In this document: piece after piece, positions 28,843-38,590 of the stretch
Position numbering within the stretch: the first letter of the stretch is position 1
Layout of the letters: each line of letters opens with the position of its first letter
Source of the DNA: Candidatus Hecatella orcuttiae
GTDB lineage: Archaea > Thermoproteota > Bathyarchaeia > Hecatellales > Hecatellaceae
DNA: 64,000 bases
Assembly: GCA_002011035.2 (NCBI GenBank)
Contig: MTLY02000003.1
Span: 32,001 to 96,000 of the forward strand
Direction: 5' to 3'
Made by a program: the position numbers and the translations under genes
The notes under the pieces: generated by a model
What the model was told of the DNA's origin: nothing
The model's database searches: none
Seen by the model: only the letters and a program-made list of their open reading frames with translations

Positions 28843-29020
28843 GGCTTCTAATCCAGTGCCGGAGGAGGATGAGGGTGGAAAGGGCAGCTGGAATGTAGAA
28901 GATGCCGGCCTCGAATTCCAAGGCAAACACGGGCCTCCCCAGAATTCTCATGAAATAGAGGACAGCGGCTACAGCCGCGAGAATCAAGGAGGATAAACCC
29001 CAGCCTCCAAAGTTTCCCAT
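28814..29020 (-). CDS. Small putative membrane protein
   Basis: 68-aa ORF with two hydrophobic segments downstream of rpoK. Confidence 0.45.
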   Translation of the reverse strand: MGNFGGWGLSSLILAAVAAVLYFMRILGRPVFALEFEAGIFYIPAALSTLILLRHWIRSLKVSPEKGG

Positions 29021-29051
29021 CCGAAAACCAGCAACCTGAAAATATGCGTTA

Positions 29052-29384
29052 TCAGCCGCGTTTTTTAGGCTTTTCCCTTTCTTCAGCCTTCAACAGCTTC
29101 TCCAACGGTATGTCCACATAGGTGCCGTTGGGCAGCTTCCTCCGAATTGTGACGGGGAGAACTCCGGCTTCCAGCTCGTAGGCGGCGATCTCTATGGGCC
29201 TCTTAACATGGTCAGGCGGAGTTACAAGGACAGGGGCCCCTAGGGTTATCTGCAGAGCCCGAGCCCCAATGATTCTCGTCCGCTCAAACCTCGTCAGCCT
29301 AGGAGGCCCTATGATGGTCAAATCTCCCTCAGACCTCACTGTTTTCCCTCTCGGAGCCTTCCCTCCCTCCGTTTGGTCTGACAT
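29052..29384 (-). CDS. rpoK: RNA polymerase subunit Rpo6 (K)
   Basis: LTRFERTRIIGARALQI..GAP, LPVTIRRKLP. Confidence 0.95.
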   Translation of the reverse strand: MSDQTEGGKAPRGKTVRSEGDLTIIGPPRLTRFERTRIIGARALQITLGAPVLVTPPDHVKRPIEIAAYELEAGVLPVTIRRKLPNGTYVDIPLEKLLKAEEREKPKKRG

Positions 29385-29543
29385 GTCCTACAGAACACAG
29401 CCCCCTCTGAAGGGTTTTTCAAGAAAATACGAGCCCACGCTTCTGTTTAGAAAAAGATAGAAACATTTCACCTTGAGTTCACTCCAACAAGCTTGAAAAG
29501 GTGCTAAAAAGCTTAAAATTGCGGATTTATAAGTTTTACTCCC

Positions 29544-30806
29544 TCACGGCCTCTTCAGTTTTTCTTCAGCGCACTGAATCTCCGCATTGGGCAGTATGGC
29601 CACCCTAGGGTTGAGGGGGCAAGATGCCTTAATTTCCTCGAGGACCTCCTCCCAGCTGTTCAGCCACAGGGTGGAGGAAGGGTCCCCCACGGGCAGCAGG
29701 GGATGAGGAGTCTTATATTGAGAGAAAACTATCAGTCTGCCAAACTCCGGCCTTGAGGGCGCGCCGGCCCCAGGGGCAGTCTCCTTCTTTCCGAACATTC
29801 CATACAGGTAATGCGTCACCTGGCCTTCCGGTGTTTGGGCGATGATCACCATGACTCCGTTCTTCTTCACCGCATGCTTCCAGTTGGACAGAGCAAGGGT
29901 GGCTTCGTTGGCTTTAGCGTAGGTGTTGGCGACGACCACGTCGAACTTTCCTTCAAACCTCGTTGAATAGTGCTCCTTCGCCGCTTCTACTGCCTGTTTA
30001 AACGTTTCATGGACGTTTCCGGCAAAGATTTGGGCGCTGCCGCCGAATCCGTTGACGAGCACATCTATTTTCATATCCATGGCGGCTAGGTTCGCTGCTT
30101 CCTCTATGTCTTCTCTGACGGTGTTCCCTTTTAGAATCCCCCACAAGTTCCTTCTATCTACGGCGCCCATCCGCCTGCAGAGATTCACATGGTTGTGGTA
30201 GACAGCGGCATAGGAGGCGAGACCGGGGAGTATCATCTTCGCTCCCCCTCCATAGCCTGTCATGGGGTGAGGTGTCACGCAGCCTATCCCAATCCTCAGG
30301 TCGCAGCTTAGGTACTCCGCGTTTATCTCCAACTGGGTCCCCCAGCTGGTTTCCCCAACCCTTTCGCAGTTTGCAAAAGGATTATGATTGTACACAGGGT
30401 ATCTCTGCACAATCTCTTCCCCCAGCTTCTTGGCGAAATCATACCTGCAACGGGCGCCATGCAACCCTAGGCCCATGATGAACCTGATACGCTCGTCGGA
30501 TATTCCCGCCTTTTTTAGTTCCTCTAACACGTGGGGAACTATCTCATATGCACGGGTAGGCCTTGTCAAGTCGTCGACTACGATGACGGCTTCCCCTCTG
30601 CCCTCAGCAAGCTTTTCCAAGGGTTTACAGGCCCAAGGCTCCTTCAGCGCTCTTTTCACTTCACCTTCGCCGACGCTGGCTCTAGCGTAGCCGTTCATGG
30701 GCAGGAACTCCACATGCCAGTTTTCCGGGAAGCGGAGTTCAAGTTTTTCTCGGCCGAACCAAGCTAAAGCAGGAACCTCGTAGCTTTTGCCGTTCACCCC
30801 AGCCAC
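29544..30806 (-). CDS. LarA family nickel-pincer racemase/epimerase
   Basis: VDDLTRPT, GLHG, NHN, PHPMTGYGGGAKMILPG, YHNH. Confidence 0.82.
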   Translation of the reverse strand: MAGVNGKSYEVPALAWFGREKLELRFPENWHVEFLPMNGYARASVGEGEVKRALKEPWACKPLEKLAEGRGEAVIVVDDLTRPTRAYEIVPHVLEELKKAGISDERIRFIMGLGLHGARCRYDFAKKLGEEIVQRYPVYNHNPFANCERVGETSWGTQLEINAEYLSCDLRIGIGCVTPHPMTGYGGGAKMILPGLASYAAVYHNHVNLCRRMGAVDRRNLWGILKGNTVREDIEEAANLAAMDMKIDVLVNGFGGSAQIFAGNVHETFKQAVEAAKEHYSTRFEGKFDVVVANTYAKANEATLALSNWKHAVKKNGVMVIIAQTPEGQVTHYLYGMFGKKETAPGAGAPSRPEFGRLIVFSQYKTPHPLLPVGDPSSTLWLNSWEEVLEEIKASCPLNPRVAILPNAEIQCAEEKLKRP

Positions 30807-31032
30807 CTCAACTTCCCATGGTGGAGAAAATTTTCAACTAGGCCATCAACCTTTGGAAGGCTGCAACCCGCTTTAAAGTTATAAGCTGGCTTAAAAATTA
30901 AACTCCTTCGAATGCCTGAGCACGGTGGTAAGCACGTTCCGCTAACCGGCTTCCGCTAGGAAGGCTGGCGTGGCTTGTTTCTGTAACTTAAATCTGTTTT
31001 AAGACACGGTGGAAATCTGCGGAATTTTTAGC

Positions 31033-31070
31033 TAAATTTTTTTATACTTTTTTATCAAAAAATTTAAATA
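31033..31070. promoter_or_regulatory. AT-rich palindrome overlapping a probable TATA box of nrdJ
   Basis: TAAATTTTTT-N14-AAAAAATTTA, overlapping TTTAAATA. Confidence 0.4.
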
Positions 31071-31143
31071 TGATCTGTCGCCCTATGCCTTTTGCGCACC
31101 AGCGCTGAGCCTGTCTCTTAACCTTTCACGTTGATCTGGGAGT

Positions 31144-33396
31144 TTGAACATGAGCAGACTGTACGGTTTAAGCCCTCCCTCAGAGCTTACGCCCAACGCC
31201 CTCAAGGTCTTGGAAAAAAGGTACCTTAAGAGGGATGAAGCCAACCGGGTGGTGGAAACCCCCCAAGACCTGTTTCTAAGGGTAGCTGAAAACGTGGCCT
31301 CCGCTGATAGGCTTTACGGGAAAACCGAGGACGAGGTTGAAAAGACAGCGGAAGGCTTCTACAAGATGATGGCGGGGTTGGAGTTTCTCCCCAACTCTCC
31401 CACGCTGATGAACGCCGGGAGGGAGCTTCAGCAACTCTCCGCCTGCTTCGTCCTCCCGGTGGAGGATTCCATTGAAAGCATCTTTGAAACCATAAAGCAC
31501 ACAGCCCTCATCCACAAGTCCGGCGGGGGGACGGGTTTCTCCTTCTCCCGGCTTAGGCCGAAAAACGATGTGGTCAAGTCTACTAAGGGTGTTTCCAGCG
31601 GCCCTGTTTCCTTCATGACCGTCTACGACGCAGCCACCGAGGCCATCAAGCAGGGAGGGACCCGGCGGGGAGCCAACATGGGCATCCTGAGGGTGGATCA
31701 CCCTGACATCCTAGAGTTCATTACCTGCAAAAAAGGCGGGGATAAGCTGAATAATTTTAACATATCCGTGGCAGTTACCGAGAGCTTCATGGAGGCGGCG
31801 GAGAAGGGGGAAGAATACGACCTCATCAACCCTAGGACCGGCGAGGTGACGGGAAGGCTTCGAGCCGACATGGTTCTCAACCTCATGGCCGAGATGACCC
31901 ATCAAAACGGGGACCCTGGACTGGTTTTTCTGGACAGGGTTAACAGGGACAATCCCACCCCTGAGCTTGGGCCCATTGAAAGCACCAACCCCTGCGGGGA
32001 GCAGCCGCTTCTTCCTTACGAATCCTGCAACCTAGGTTCCATCAACCTTTCCAAGATGGTGAAGGACGGAAACATAGACTGGGAGAGGCTGAGGGAAATT
32101 GTGAGACGGGCTGTTCACTTCTTGGACAACGTCATCGACGTCAACAAATACCCGCTGCCCATTATCGAAACCATGACCAAGGGAAACCGGAAAATCGGAT
32201 TGGGGGTCATGGGCTTCGCCGACATGTTGATCAAATTGGGGGTTCCCTACGACTCCCAGCGGGGGCTGGAAATCGGGGAAGCCGTCATGAGGTTCATCCA
32301 AGAGGAATCCAAAGCTGCCTCCGAGGCTTTAGCCGAAGAAAGAGGGGTTTTCCCCAATTACAAGGGCAGCATCTACGATGGGGTGCGGAAGCTCAGGAAC
32401 GCTACTACCACCACCGTGGCGCCTACCGGAACCCTGTCCATCATTGCCAACTGCTCCAGCGGCATCGAACCCATCTTCGCCCTGTGCTACGTTCGCAATG
32501 TTCTGAGCGGGCAGAGGCTGGTGGAAGTCCACAGCCTCTTCGAGGAAACAGCCAAAAAACGAGGCTTCTACAGCTCAGCCCTCATGGAAAAAATCGCCTT
32601 GAAAGGTTCTTTGAGGGGGCTGGGGGAGGTTCCGGAGGATGTGCGGAGGCTTTTTGTGACGGCCTTGGACATCGACCCCGAGTGGCATGTGCGCATGCAG
32701 GCCGCCTTCCAGAAGCACGTGGACAACGCCGTCTCCAAAACCATCAACCTCCCCCACCACGCTACGGTGGAGGATGTGAAGAAAGCCTTCAAGCTGGCCT
32801 ACAGCCTAGGCTGCAAAGGCATCACCATCTACCGGGACGGCAGCCGGGAAAAGCAAGTCTTAGAGAGAGGGGAAACCTCCAAGCTCAGAAGCTACATCAA
32901 ACCCCGAAGCCGTCCTGAGAAAACCTATGGCGTCACCTACGAGATTGGAACAGGCTGCGGCTCCCTTTATGTGACCATCAACGAGGACGAGCGGGGCGAA
33001 CCCTTCGAAGTCTTCGCCCGCTTGGGGAAGGCAGGCGGCTGCGCCTCCGCCCAAACCGAAGGCCTGGGGAGAGCTGCCTCCACAATTCTCCGCTCAGGCA
33101 TCGACCCCTGGGAGGTGGTCAAGCATTACAAGGGGATAAGCTGCGACAGGCCCTTCAGGCTTGGCCGAAACAAGGTTCTCTCCTGCGCCGACGCTTTGGG
33201 GAAGGCTCTTGAAAAATATCTGATGGAAAAGAGTTCCTCCAAAGAGGTGAAAAGCCTCCCTGAGACTGTCCCCCCCTGGGAAGGAGAAACCACGCGGGCC
33301 GCCAACGGAGCTTGCCCTGAATGCGGAAGCCCCGTGGTCTGGGTGGAGGGCTGCAGAAAATGCATCTCCAACTGCGGATGGTCTGAGTGCGAGTAA
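31144..33396 (+). CDS. nrdJ: Adenosylcobalamin-dependent (class II) ribonucleotide reductase with C-terminal TSCPD-like and Zn-ribbon domains
   Basis: PNSPTLMN, SACFV, TNPCGEQ, CNLGS, APTGT, SKTIN; no intein seen. Confidence 0.93.
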   Translation: MNMSRLYGLSPPSELTPNALKVLEKRYLKRDEANRVVETPQDLFLRVAENVASADRLYGKTEDEVEKTAEGFYKMMAGLEFLPNSPTLMNAGRELQQLSACFVLPVEDSIESIFETIKHTALIHKSGGGTGFSFSRLRPKNDVVKSTKGVSSGPVSFMTVYDAATEAIKQGGTRRGANMGILRVDHPDILEFITCKKGGDKLNNFNISVAVTESFMEAAEKGEEYDLINPRTGEVTGRLRADMVLNLMAEMTHQNGDPGLVFLDRVNRDNPTPELGPIESTNPCGEQPLLPYESCNLGSINLSKMVKDGNIDWERLREIVRRAVHFLDNVIDVNKYPLPIIETMTKGNRKIGLGVMGFADMLIKLGVPYDSQRGLEIGEAVMRFIQEESKAASEALAEERGVFPNYKGSIYDGVRKLRNATTTTVAPTGTLSIIANCSSGIEPIFALCYVRNVLSGQRLVEVHSLFEETAKKRGFYSSALMEKIALKGSLRGLGEVPEDVRRLFVTALDIDPEWHVRMQAAFQKHVDNAVSKTINLPHHATVEDVKKAFKLAYSLGCKGITIYRDGSREKQVLERGETSKLRSYIKPRSRPEKTYGVTYEIGTGCGSLYVTINEDERGEPFEVFARLGKAGGCASAQTEGLGRAASTILRSGIDPWEVVKHYKGISCDRPFRLGRNKVLSCADALGKALEKYLMEKSSSKEVKSLPETVPPWEGETTRAANGACPECGSPVVWVEGCRKCISNCGWSECE

Positions 33397-33445
33397 AGTT
33401 TTATGGGGGAGTTAACGGAAATTATCTTCTCAGGGAGCCGTAAAC

Positions 33446-33760
33446 TTGAGTTTTGAAACGCTCACCCCCCTAGCCGCTCAGCTGGGCTTCGGCGGCCTCT
33501 CCGGCTTGGTGGTAGGCTATGCCTTCAAAAAGCTGCTGAAGATACTGGTGGTGCTCGTAGGTCTTTTCTTTGTCGCCCTCATGTATCTTGCCTATGTTGA
33601 CTTCATAGAAATAAACTACGACAAAATTTCCAGAGCCTTCCAAGGTCTGATCTCAAGTCTTCAAACTGGGGACTTTACCCTCCCCACGTTTATAACCAGC
33701 AACGTGCCCTTCGCCGGAAGCTTCGTGGTAGGTTTCGGCATAGGCTTCAAGATGGGATGA
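33446..33760 (+). CDS. FUN14 family membrane protein
   Basis: QLGFGGLSGLVVGYAFKKLLK...INY...SFVVGFGIG. Confidence 0.85.
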   Translation: MSFETLTPLAAQLGFGGLSGLVVGYAFKKLLKILVVLVGLFFVALMYLAYVDFIEINYDKISRAFQGLISSLQTGDFTLPTFITSNVPFAGSFVVGFGIGFKMG

Positions 33761-33829
33761 TACTCCGCCAAAAATAGCTCAGCTCAACCTCAAAGGTTTA
33801 ATCCATCTCTCCGGCAGGCTTAATCTGTC

Positions 33830-35062
33830 CTATCCCCGCTTTACCGTCCCGCCTTTCTCCTTCGAGTTGAAGGCGTGGGCGATTTCCTCCACCGCGGAGA
33901 TGAACCTCTCCACGTCTTGTTGGGTGTTGTAGAGGTAGGTGGAAACCCTCACCGCCCCTTGGGGCTCCTTCAGAACCTCCCTCATAAGAGGATGAGCGCA
34001 GAGAAGCCCTGAACGGACTTCCACATCTGCGACAGAGTCCAAGAAGAGGGCTACATCATGGGGGTTGAGGTTTCCGATGTTGAAACAGGTTATGCCAACC
34101 TTCCACTCAGGCTCAGGCCCGTGGACTCTGAGGCGGGGGATCGCCTTCAAAGCCTCGTAGATTCGCAGGGTCAGGTTCCTTTCATGGGCCTCGATTTTTT
34201 CCAAGCCGATCTTCTTCAAATAATCCGCAGCCGCCCCCAAGCCTATGGCTTCCCCCACCGCCGGAGTTCCCGCCTCAAACCTCCTAGCCTTCTCCTCCAG
34301 TCGGTAGGAGGCCGTATCCACGTCGACGATGGCTCCTCCGCCCAAAAGCAGAGGCTCCACTTCCTCCATTACTTCTTCCCGGATGAAGAGGCCGCCGGAA
34401 CCCGTGGGGCCGCACATCTTGTGGCCTGAAAAAGCCAAGAAGTCGCAGCCCAGCCTTCGAACGTCAACTTGAAGGTGAGGCACCGACTGGGCACCGTCCA
34501 CCAGCATGTAGGCCCCGTGGTCGTGGGCGATTCGGGAGAACTCTTCCACGGGAAGCTTAGTTCCCAAAACGTTGGAGACCTGAGCTATGCTCACCAGCTT
34601 GGTGCGGTCGTCTACCTTTTTTTCCACCTCCGCCAACGGAACTACACCTCGGCTGTCAGGCCATAGGATTCGAAGTTCAACTCCGAACCGTTGGGCGACC
34701 CTCAGCCACACCATGTAGTTGGAATGATGCTCAGTGACCGTGGTGACGACGTTGTCTCCTTTCTCCCATGAAAGACCTAAAGAGACGGTGTTGATTCCCT
34801 CGGTGGTGTTTCGAACTAGGATCATTTCCTCGGGTTTGGCGTTGATGAACCCGGCGATTTTTTTCCGAGCCTCCTCCAGTTCCTCTGTTGCCCGCTGGGA
34901 AAGCTTGTAAAGGCCTCTGCCCACGTTGGCTCTGTATTCTCTGTAATATTCCAGCATTTTTTCCAAGACAGGTTCAGGGGTGAGGCTGGTGGATGCGCTG
35001 TCCAAGTAAACTATGCCTGTGTTCAGAATCGGGTAATCTTCCCGGATTTTTTGAACGTCCAC
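33830..35062 (-). CDS. sufS: Cysteine desulfurase, SufS type
   Basis: YLDSASTS, EHHSN, DGAQSVPH, SGHKMCGP, RSGLLCA. Confidence 0.9.
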   Translation of the reverse strand: MDVQKIREDYPILNTGIVYLDSASTSLTPEPVLEKMLEYYREYRANVGRGLYKLSQRATEELEEARKKIAGFINAKPEEMILVRNTTEGINTVSLGLSWEKGDNVVTTVTEHHSNYMVWLRVAQRFGVELRILWPDSRGVVPLAEVEKKVDDRTKLVSIAQVSNVLGTKLPVEEFSRIAHDHGAYMLVDGAQSVPHLQVDVRRLGCDFLAFSGHKMCGPTGSGGLFIREEVMEEVEPLLLGGGAIVDVDTASYRLEEKARRFEAGTPAVGEAIGLGAAADYLKKIGLEKIEAHERNLTLRIYEALKAIPRLRVHGPEPEWKVGITCFNIGNLNPHDVALFLDSVADVEVRSGLLCAHPLMREVLKEPQGAVRVSTYLYNTQQDVERFISAVEEIAHAFNSKEKGGTVKRG

Positions 35063-35252
35063 GCCGAGAGAAGGCCTCCGAAGATTATGAAAATTAAGCC
35101 TAGCAGGTTAAAAATCGTTTCTTCCTTTTCTTAAGCTCATGGAGAATTATTCCGTGGACAGGGAAGCCCCTCTTGGTAAGCGAAGGTTTAACCGTTTTCA
35201 CCTTCCCTAATAAGATAGGCTGTTAACAGCCGCTGGAAGGGTTGCTGAAACC

Positions 35253-36044
35253 TTGAGCGTGAAGGAAGTTAAACTGGTTAAAGTCAGCCTCAGAACTGAA
35301 AGCAAAGAAAGCCTCCAAGAGTTCGTCGCCACCGAAACTCCAGTAAGCCTTCATCTCAACGGCGAACATTTGGTCACCATCATGGCTTCCCCCGAGAAGT
35401 TGAAGGAACTAGCCTTAGGCTTCCTCGTCGGAGAAGGCATCGTCAAGTCGAAGGAGGATGTGCGCAGCCTAGAAGTTGAAGACTCTAAAGTGAGGGTTGA
35501 GACCCGCGGAAGCGTGGAACTGAGGGTGAAAGCCTACCAGACAACCCGGCTGGTCACCACGGCTTGCGGGAGCATCGAAGATTTCGTTCGGCTTTTAGAC
35601 CGCCTAGACCAGCCTAGGGTAAGCTCCCAGCTTAGAGTTCGCCCTGAAGTCATCCTCCAAATTGTGGGGGAGCTCAACCAGAAGGCGCAAGTCTTCAGGC
35701 TTACCGGTGGAACTCATGCCGCCTTGGTCTACTCCACAGAAGAAAATCGGACCATAGCTTTTGCGGAGGATGTAGGCCGGCATTCGGCGGTGGATAAAGT
35801 TGTGGGGGAGGCTCTCCAGTTTCAGGGAGACCTAGGCCGTTGCCTCTTAGCCAGCACCGGGAGGCTGTCAGGCGACATCGTCATGAAAGCCTCCAGAGTC
35901 GGAATCCCCATCATCTCCTCCATAGCCGGCCCCCTTTACTCGGGGGTTATGGCCGCGGAGAAGGTGGGCTCAACCTTGGTCTGCTTCGTCCGAGGCCGGA
36001 GGATGAACGTGTACACTTACCCTGAAAGGATAGCCTACCCATAA
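35253..36044 (+). CDS. fdhD: FdhD sulfurtransferase (molybdoenzyme accessory)
   Basis: ELALGFLVGEG, TACG, TGGTHAA, EDVGRHSAVDK, STGRLS, FVRG. Confidence 0.9.
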   Translation: MSVKEVKLVKVSLRTESKESLQEFVATETPVSLHLNGEHLVTIMASPEKLKELALGFLVGEGIVKSKEDVRSLEVEDSKVRVETRGSVELRVKAYQTTRLVTTACGSIEDFVRLLDRLDQPRVSSQLRVRPEVILQIVGELNQKAQVFRLTGGTHAALVYSTEENRTIAFAEDVGRHSAVDKVVGEALQFQGDLGRCLLASTGRLSGDIVMKASRVGIPIISSIAGPLYSGVMAAEKVGSTLVCFVRGRRMNVYTYPERIAYP

Positions 36045-36064
36045 AATGATAAGAATGTTTTCTT

Positions 36065-36346
36065 CTATCCCCCGCTGACCGCGGGGAGGACGGAGACTTC
36101 ATCTCCATCTTTCAATGCGGTTTCTAAGCCTTGGAGGTGTCTGATGTTTTTGCCGTTGACATAGATGTTCAGCAGCCGCCGGAGGTTCCCCGCTTGGTCG
36201 AAGACTCTGTCCTTAAATTTTTCCCCGTATCTTTCAACCAGCTGGCTTAAGGCTTCTCGGAGAGAAGAAGCTGAAACCTCCACCTCTCTCTCCCCTCGAG
36301 TTAAAGCCGTAAAGACGGATGGAAAGGAAATTTTAACCTTACCCAT
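36065..36346 (-). CDS. Ubiquitin-like sulfur carrier (SAMP/MoaD/CysO-like)
   Basis: beta-grasp pattern, NIYVNG, LKDGDEV, C-terminal PAVSGG. Confidence 0.92.
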   Translation of the reverse strand: MGKVKISFPSVFTALTRGEREVEVSASSLREALSQLVERYGEKFKDRVFDQAGNLRRLLNIYVNGKNIRHLQGLETALKDGDEVSVLPAVSGG

Positions 36347-36347
36347 T

Positions 36348-37610
36348 TTAGCCTTCTCCCCCTTTCAAGTCGATGATATTTTTCAGAGAATCCATCCTAG
36401 GCTCGATCTCCGTGGGTTGAGCCAGAATTTCCGAGACCGCCTCAGGAGTTTTGAGGCCGTTTCCCGTTATGTAACAGACAACCCTCTCGTCAGGTTGAAT
36501 GTCTCCCTGCTCCACCATTTTCTTTAAGGCCGCGATGACCACGCCTCCCGCAGGCTCTGCGAAGACGCCTTCTGTCTTAGCCAGAAGCTGAACACCCTCC
36601 GAAATCTCCTCATCCGTCGCATCTTCTCCTACGCCTCCACTTTCCCTTATGGTCTTCAAGGCGTAAACTCCATCCGCAGGGTCTCCGATGGCTAAGCTTT
36701 TCGCTATGGTCTCAGGGTGTTCGATGGGTGTAACCTCCAAGCTTCCAGCCTTGAAGGCTGAAACGATGGGCGCGCAGCCCGCAGGTTGAGCGCTGGAGAT
36801 TCTGACATCATTTCTGGAAATCAACCCCAGCCGGTGAAGTTCCTCAAACCCCTTGGCTATGGCGCAGAGGAGAGCGCCGCTGGCCGTGGGAACTATTACG
36901 TGGTCTGGTGGCTCCCAGTTGAGCTGCTCGCAGACCTCAAAGGCCAAGGTCTTGGAACCCTCCACATAGTAGGGTCTCATGTTGATGTTCACCAGAGCCC
37001 AGCCGTAGGTTTCACAAGCCTGAGCCGCCAAGGTGTTAGCGTCGTCGTAGGTTCCCTTTATCGCCACGATGCGGGCTCCGTAGACCGATATTTGAACTAT
37101 CTTGTTCATTTCGATGTCGCTGGGAACAAAGACGTAGCATGGAAGTCCAGCCTTCGCCGCGTGCGCAGCGGTGGCACAAGCCAAGTTGCCTGTGGAAGCG
37201 CAGCCCACTGCTTGAACTCCGAACTCCAATGCCTTGGAAACGGCGACGGAGGTAGGCCGATCCTTGAAAGAATAGGTAGGATTAACGGTGTCATCCTTGA
37301 TGTACAGGTTTTTCAAGCCTAGCATCTCAGCCAACCTACTGCTCTTGTGAAGGATGGTATATCCCGCCTCCAAGTTTACTATGTTAGCCTTATCGTTGAT
37401 GGGAAGCAGTTCAAAGTATCGCCAGAGGTTTTTAGGCTTCCCCTCGAAAGAACTCCTCCTGAGACTTAGGGAATCTAGGTCGTAGACGACTTCCAAGGGG
37501 CCGAAGCAGTCCTCGCAAGCGTAGAGTCTAACCGGTGGGTACTCTCGACCGCATTCTCTGCATTTCAAGAAGATTTTCTTTTCCAGCCCAACTCCCCACT
37601 TAGCGGTCAA
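36348..37610 (-). CDS. thrC: Threonine synthase-family PLP enzyme
   Basis: N-terminal CxxC pairs, NPTYSFKDR, ASTGN, EGSKT, ITGNGLK. Confidence 0.85.
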   Translation of the reverse strand: MTAKWGVGLEKKIFLKCRECGREYPPVRLYACEDCFGPLEVVYDLDSLSLRRSSFEGKPKNLWRYFELLPINDKANIVNLEAGYTILHKSSRLAEMLGLKNLYIKDDTVNPTYSFKDRPTSVAVSKALEFGVQAVGCASTGNLACATAAHAAKAGLPCYVFVPSDIEMNKIVQISVYGARIVAIKGTYDDANTLAAQACETYGWALVNINMRPYYVEGSKTLAFEVCEQLNWEPPDHVIVPTASGALLCAIAKGFEELHRLGLISRNDVRISSAQPAGCAPIVSAFKAGSLEVTPIEHPETIAKSLAIGDPADGVYALKTIRESGGVGEDATDEEISEGVQLLAKTEGVFAEPAGGVVIAALKKMVEQGDIQPDERVVCYITGNGLKTPEAVSEILAQPTEIEPRMDSLKNIIDLKGGEG

Positions 37611-37696
37611 GCCTTATAGGTTAGAGATAAAATATGCTAAATATTTAAATCTTCCCGATAATAAAATAACTATGAGTAATAATAAGGTTTCGAGCT

Positions 37697-38269
37697 ATGT
37701 CGCTGCACATTCCTTCCGGGAAAGATTTAAAAAGCCTAAGGAAGGCAGCTGGACTAACCCAAAAAGAACTGGCCCTCCACTCCAAGGTAAGTCAATCTCT
37801 TATCTCCCGAATCGAAGCAGGGACGGTGGACCCTAGGGTTTCCACCCTCAAAAAAATCTTAGATTCTATTTCTAGCATCAGGAAGGTGAAAAACGTAGCC
37901 AGCGTCATGCACCGCCCTGTCATCACCGTCCAGTCCGATGAACCTGTGAGGAAAGCTGTAAACCTCATGGAGAAACATGGAATATCCCAGCTTCCAGTTT
38001 TGGAGAAAAACGTCGTCGTAGGAAGCGTACAGGAAGGAACTCTCATCAAGAAAATCTTTCAAAGCAAAAACCCCGAAGAAGTCTTCAGGACAAAGCTGCG
38101 AAACATCATGGAGGAAGTCTTCCCAATCCTCGGGCCTAACGCTGGAATCGAGGAAGCTCTGGCAGCGCTCATCCGGGAGAAGCCTGCTGTGCTGGTCATG
38201 GATAAAGGCCGCTTGATGGGAATCATCACCAAAATGGACATCATCATGGGAATGCGTTCCAGCCGTTAA
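37697..38269 (+). CDS. XRE-HTH plus CBS-pair transcriptional regulator
   Basis: LTQKELA...VSQSLISRIE..TVDPRVST; ISQLPV and GIITKMD CBS motifs. Confidence 0.9.
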   Translation: MSLHIPSGKDLKSLRKAAGLTQKELALHSKVSQSLISRIEAGTVDPRVSTLKKILDSISSIRKVKNVASVMHRPVITVQSDEPVRKAVNLMEKHGISQLPVLEKNVVVGSVQEGTLIKKIFQSKNPEEVFRTKLRNIMEEVFPILGPNAGIEEALAALIREKPAVLVMDKGRLMGIITKMDIIMGMRSSR

Positions 38270-38281
38270 CCCGGTTTGGGC

Positions 38282-38299
38282 TAGGGATTCGAACCCACG
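38282..38299 (-). other. tRNA T-arm-like sequence (not a full tRNA)
   Basis: Minus strand CGTGGGTTCGAATCCCTA in a 47-bp gap between convergent genes. Confidence 0.4.
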
Positions 38300-38316
38300 T
38301 CCAGCTGGAAGGGCAG

Positions 38317-38526
38317 CTACATAGCTAAAGCCTTATTCCGCTCCTTAAACTTGGAAGCGGCTAAGGGTTGACGGGTAACCTGTTCTTGGTTGCTGAGCCA
38401 TCTTCGAGACCAGTTTTTCAGGCATGCTTCTGAGCAGAAAACGTAGAGTTTGTTTACGCAGCAGGTCTTCCGTGTTAAAGGCTTCTCCCGGATCTGCCTG
38501 CCGCAGACTTCGCAGCGCATCAGCAA
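38317..38526 (-). CDS. Small TRASH/MYM-like metal-binding protein
   Basis: CEVCG...TCC...FCSEAC. Confidence 0.7.
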   Translation of the reverse strand: MLMRCEVCGRQIREKPLTRKTCCVNKLYVFCSEACLKNWSRRWLSNQEQVTRQPLAASKFKERNKALAM

Positions 38527-38590
38527 ACCAAAACCACCAGATGAAGTTGTGCTTTAAGTAAAAATAGTATTATGGCGGCCAACTTATAAG

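Noticed and set aside
29052-29384. rpoK separated from the rpoN-eno cluster
   Set aside because: Ordinary rearrangement in archaea.
31144-33396. Inteins in nrdJ (also checked radA and topA)
   Set aside because: Lengths and motif spacing are normal; no splicing motifs seen.
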